NCBI RefSeq assembly: GCF_036365525.1
Contig: NC_090395.1
Coordinates: 58,417,805 to 58,481,804, forward strand
Source of the DNA: Heterodontus francisci
Taxonomy: Eukaryota
Reading direction: 5' to 3'
DNA: 64,000 bases
Shown here: piece by piece, positions 62,801-64,000 of the stretch
How the letters are laid out: every line of letters begins with the position of its first letter
Position numbering within the stretch: the first letter of the stretch is position 1
Notes under the pieces: generated by a model
Databases searched by the model: none
The model's input: only the letters and a program-made list of their open reading frames with translations
What the model was told of the DNA's origin: nothing
Position numbers and translations under genes: made by a program

Positions 62801-63178
62801 CTTGTGAATAGGTGCCTCCTGCCCCAGAGCTGGTCCCAACGCCCCATGAATCAAAAGCCCTCCCTCCTGCTCTGTGCCTCAAGCCATGTATTGATCCTCT
62901 TATCTTCCAATTTCTACTCTCTCTAGTGTGTGGCATTGGGAATAATGCAGCAATTACTACCTTTTTGAGGTCCTAGTTTTTAACTTCCTCCCTAGCCCTC
63001 TTATTGTTGGTACTGACATGTACCACAACTTCTGGCTTGCACACTTCTCCCTGCAGAATATTCAGCACCCTCTCAGTGATGTCCTTTACCCTGACACAAG
63101 GGAGGCAACGCACCATGCAAGACTCACGATGCTGATTACAGAAACGCCTGTCTGTCCCCTAACTATAGAATCCCCTTG
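59848..63178 (-). mobile_element. Old CR1 LINE spanning ORF1 esterase remnant to 3' end, heavily decayed
   Basis: SKFANDTTL (60583-60768), FKKAFDKV (60949-61191), DWSVANVTSLF (61207-61518), ESIWLELR (62093-62470); GDSIVRG-type esterase remnant near 63100-63175. Confidence 0.85.
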
Positions 63179-63339
63179 GCTTTTCTTTTTGTTTATTTTC
63201 ATTCATTGATGTGAAATGCTGTTTCTTAAATTTCAGCCAGAGGGTTGGGAATGGCTAGAATTAGAATTTTTTCACATCCATCATCACTGCTGCTTTCATG
63301 AGCTGATGTGGTCACTTTGTTCAAATTGAATGAATAACT

Positions 63340-63682
63340 CAACAACAACAACTTGCATTTATGTAGCACCTTTTAACAGAGTAAAACATCCCAAGGTGCT
63401 TCACAGGAGCATTATCAAACAAAATCTGACACTGAGTCATATAAGGAGATATTGGGGCAGATGAGGTAAGTTTTAAGGAGCCTCTTAAAGAATGAAAGAG
63501 AGATGGAGATGTTTAGAGAAGAAATTCCTGAGATTAGGCCCTCTAGCTGAAGCCATGGCTGCCAATGTTAGAGCAATTAAAATCGGGAGTGTGTAAGTTA
63601 ACAGAATCGCAGATATCGCTGAGCATTGTGGACTGAAGGAGGTTAGAGATGGGGAGTGGTGAGGCTATGGAGGGATTTGAAA
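63340..63682 (-). mobile_element. L2 LINE 3' end
   Basis: aacaacaacaacttgcatttatgtagcacc...catcccaaggtgcttcacagg, same as 26591. Confidence 0.8.
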
Positions 63683-64000
63683 AGGCCATTTTACTAATTA
63701 GCTTTTCTGCTCCCTTGAAACCCAGTGCTGTTATGTTTTTTGGGATTTTTTTATAACGCAGGAAAGATTTATTTTATTTATTTTAGTTATTTTAAATGTT
63801 AAGAGCCTAAACTTAAAAGACATTTAAGGCCATAGGTGGATAACATGGTAATTGTTTCTTCTCTGTAATGACTGTGAACAATAAGCAGTTTGACAATTGA
63901 TAAACATCTCGCGTCCATTGTATTAGCAAGGCTTTAATTCCTTATGACTGAGAATGGAAGCTGATAAAACACAGGTGGTCAGTTAAGTTTTTAAAGAGCA

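Overview
Eukaryotic (vertebrate) genomic DNA, most likely a shark/ray: it carries HE1/V-SINE-like and Deu-type SINEs and abundant CR1 and L2 LINEs. The one securely identified gene is YOD1 (OTU1 deubiquitinase). It has two coding exons on + (28035-28242 and 31718-32421; 303 aa; UBX-like, OTU and C2H2 zinc-finger domains). It probably starts at a bidirectional CpG-rich promoter near 3.8-4.2 kb and splices across a ~24 kb TE-filled intron. A second promoter/first exon lies near 52.2-52.7 kb, with a candidate first coding exon at 58.8 kb of an unidentified gene. Most other sequence is nested retroelements (full-length CR1 with esterase ORF1, RTE, L2), two inverted solo LTRs and a hAT MITE. The most unusual element is a ~3.25 kb single-ORF endonuclease+RT LINE (20384-23650, minus). 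Its 5' end is a tRNA-Thr-like head with A/B boxes, and by eye its sense strand has no TTTT run. This suggests a protein-coding LINE family transcribed by RNA polymerase III. All calls are by eye, without database searches, and TE boundaries are approximate unless a TSD is given.
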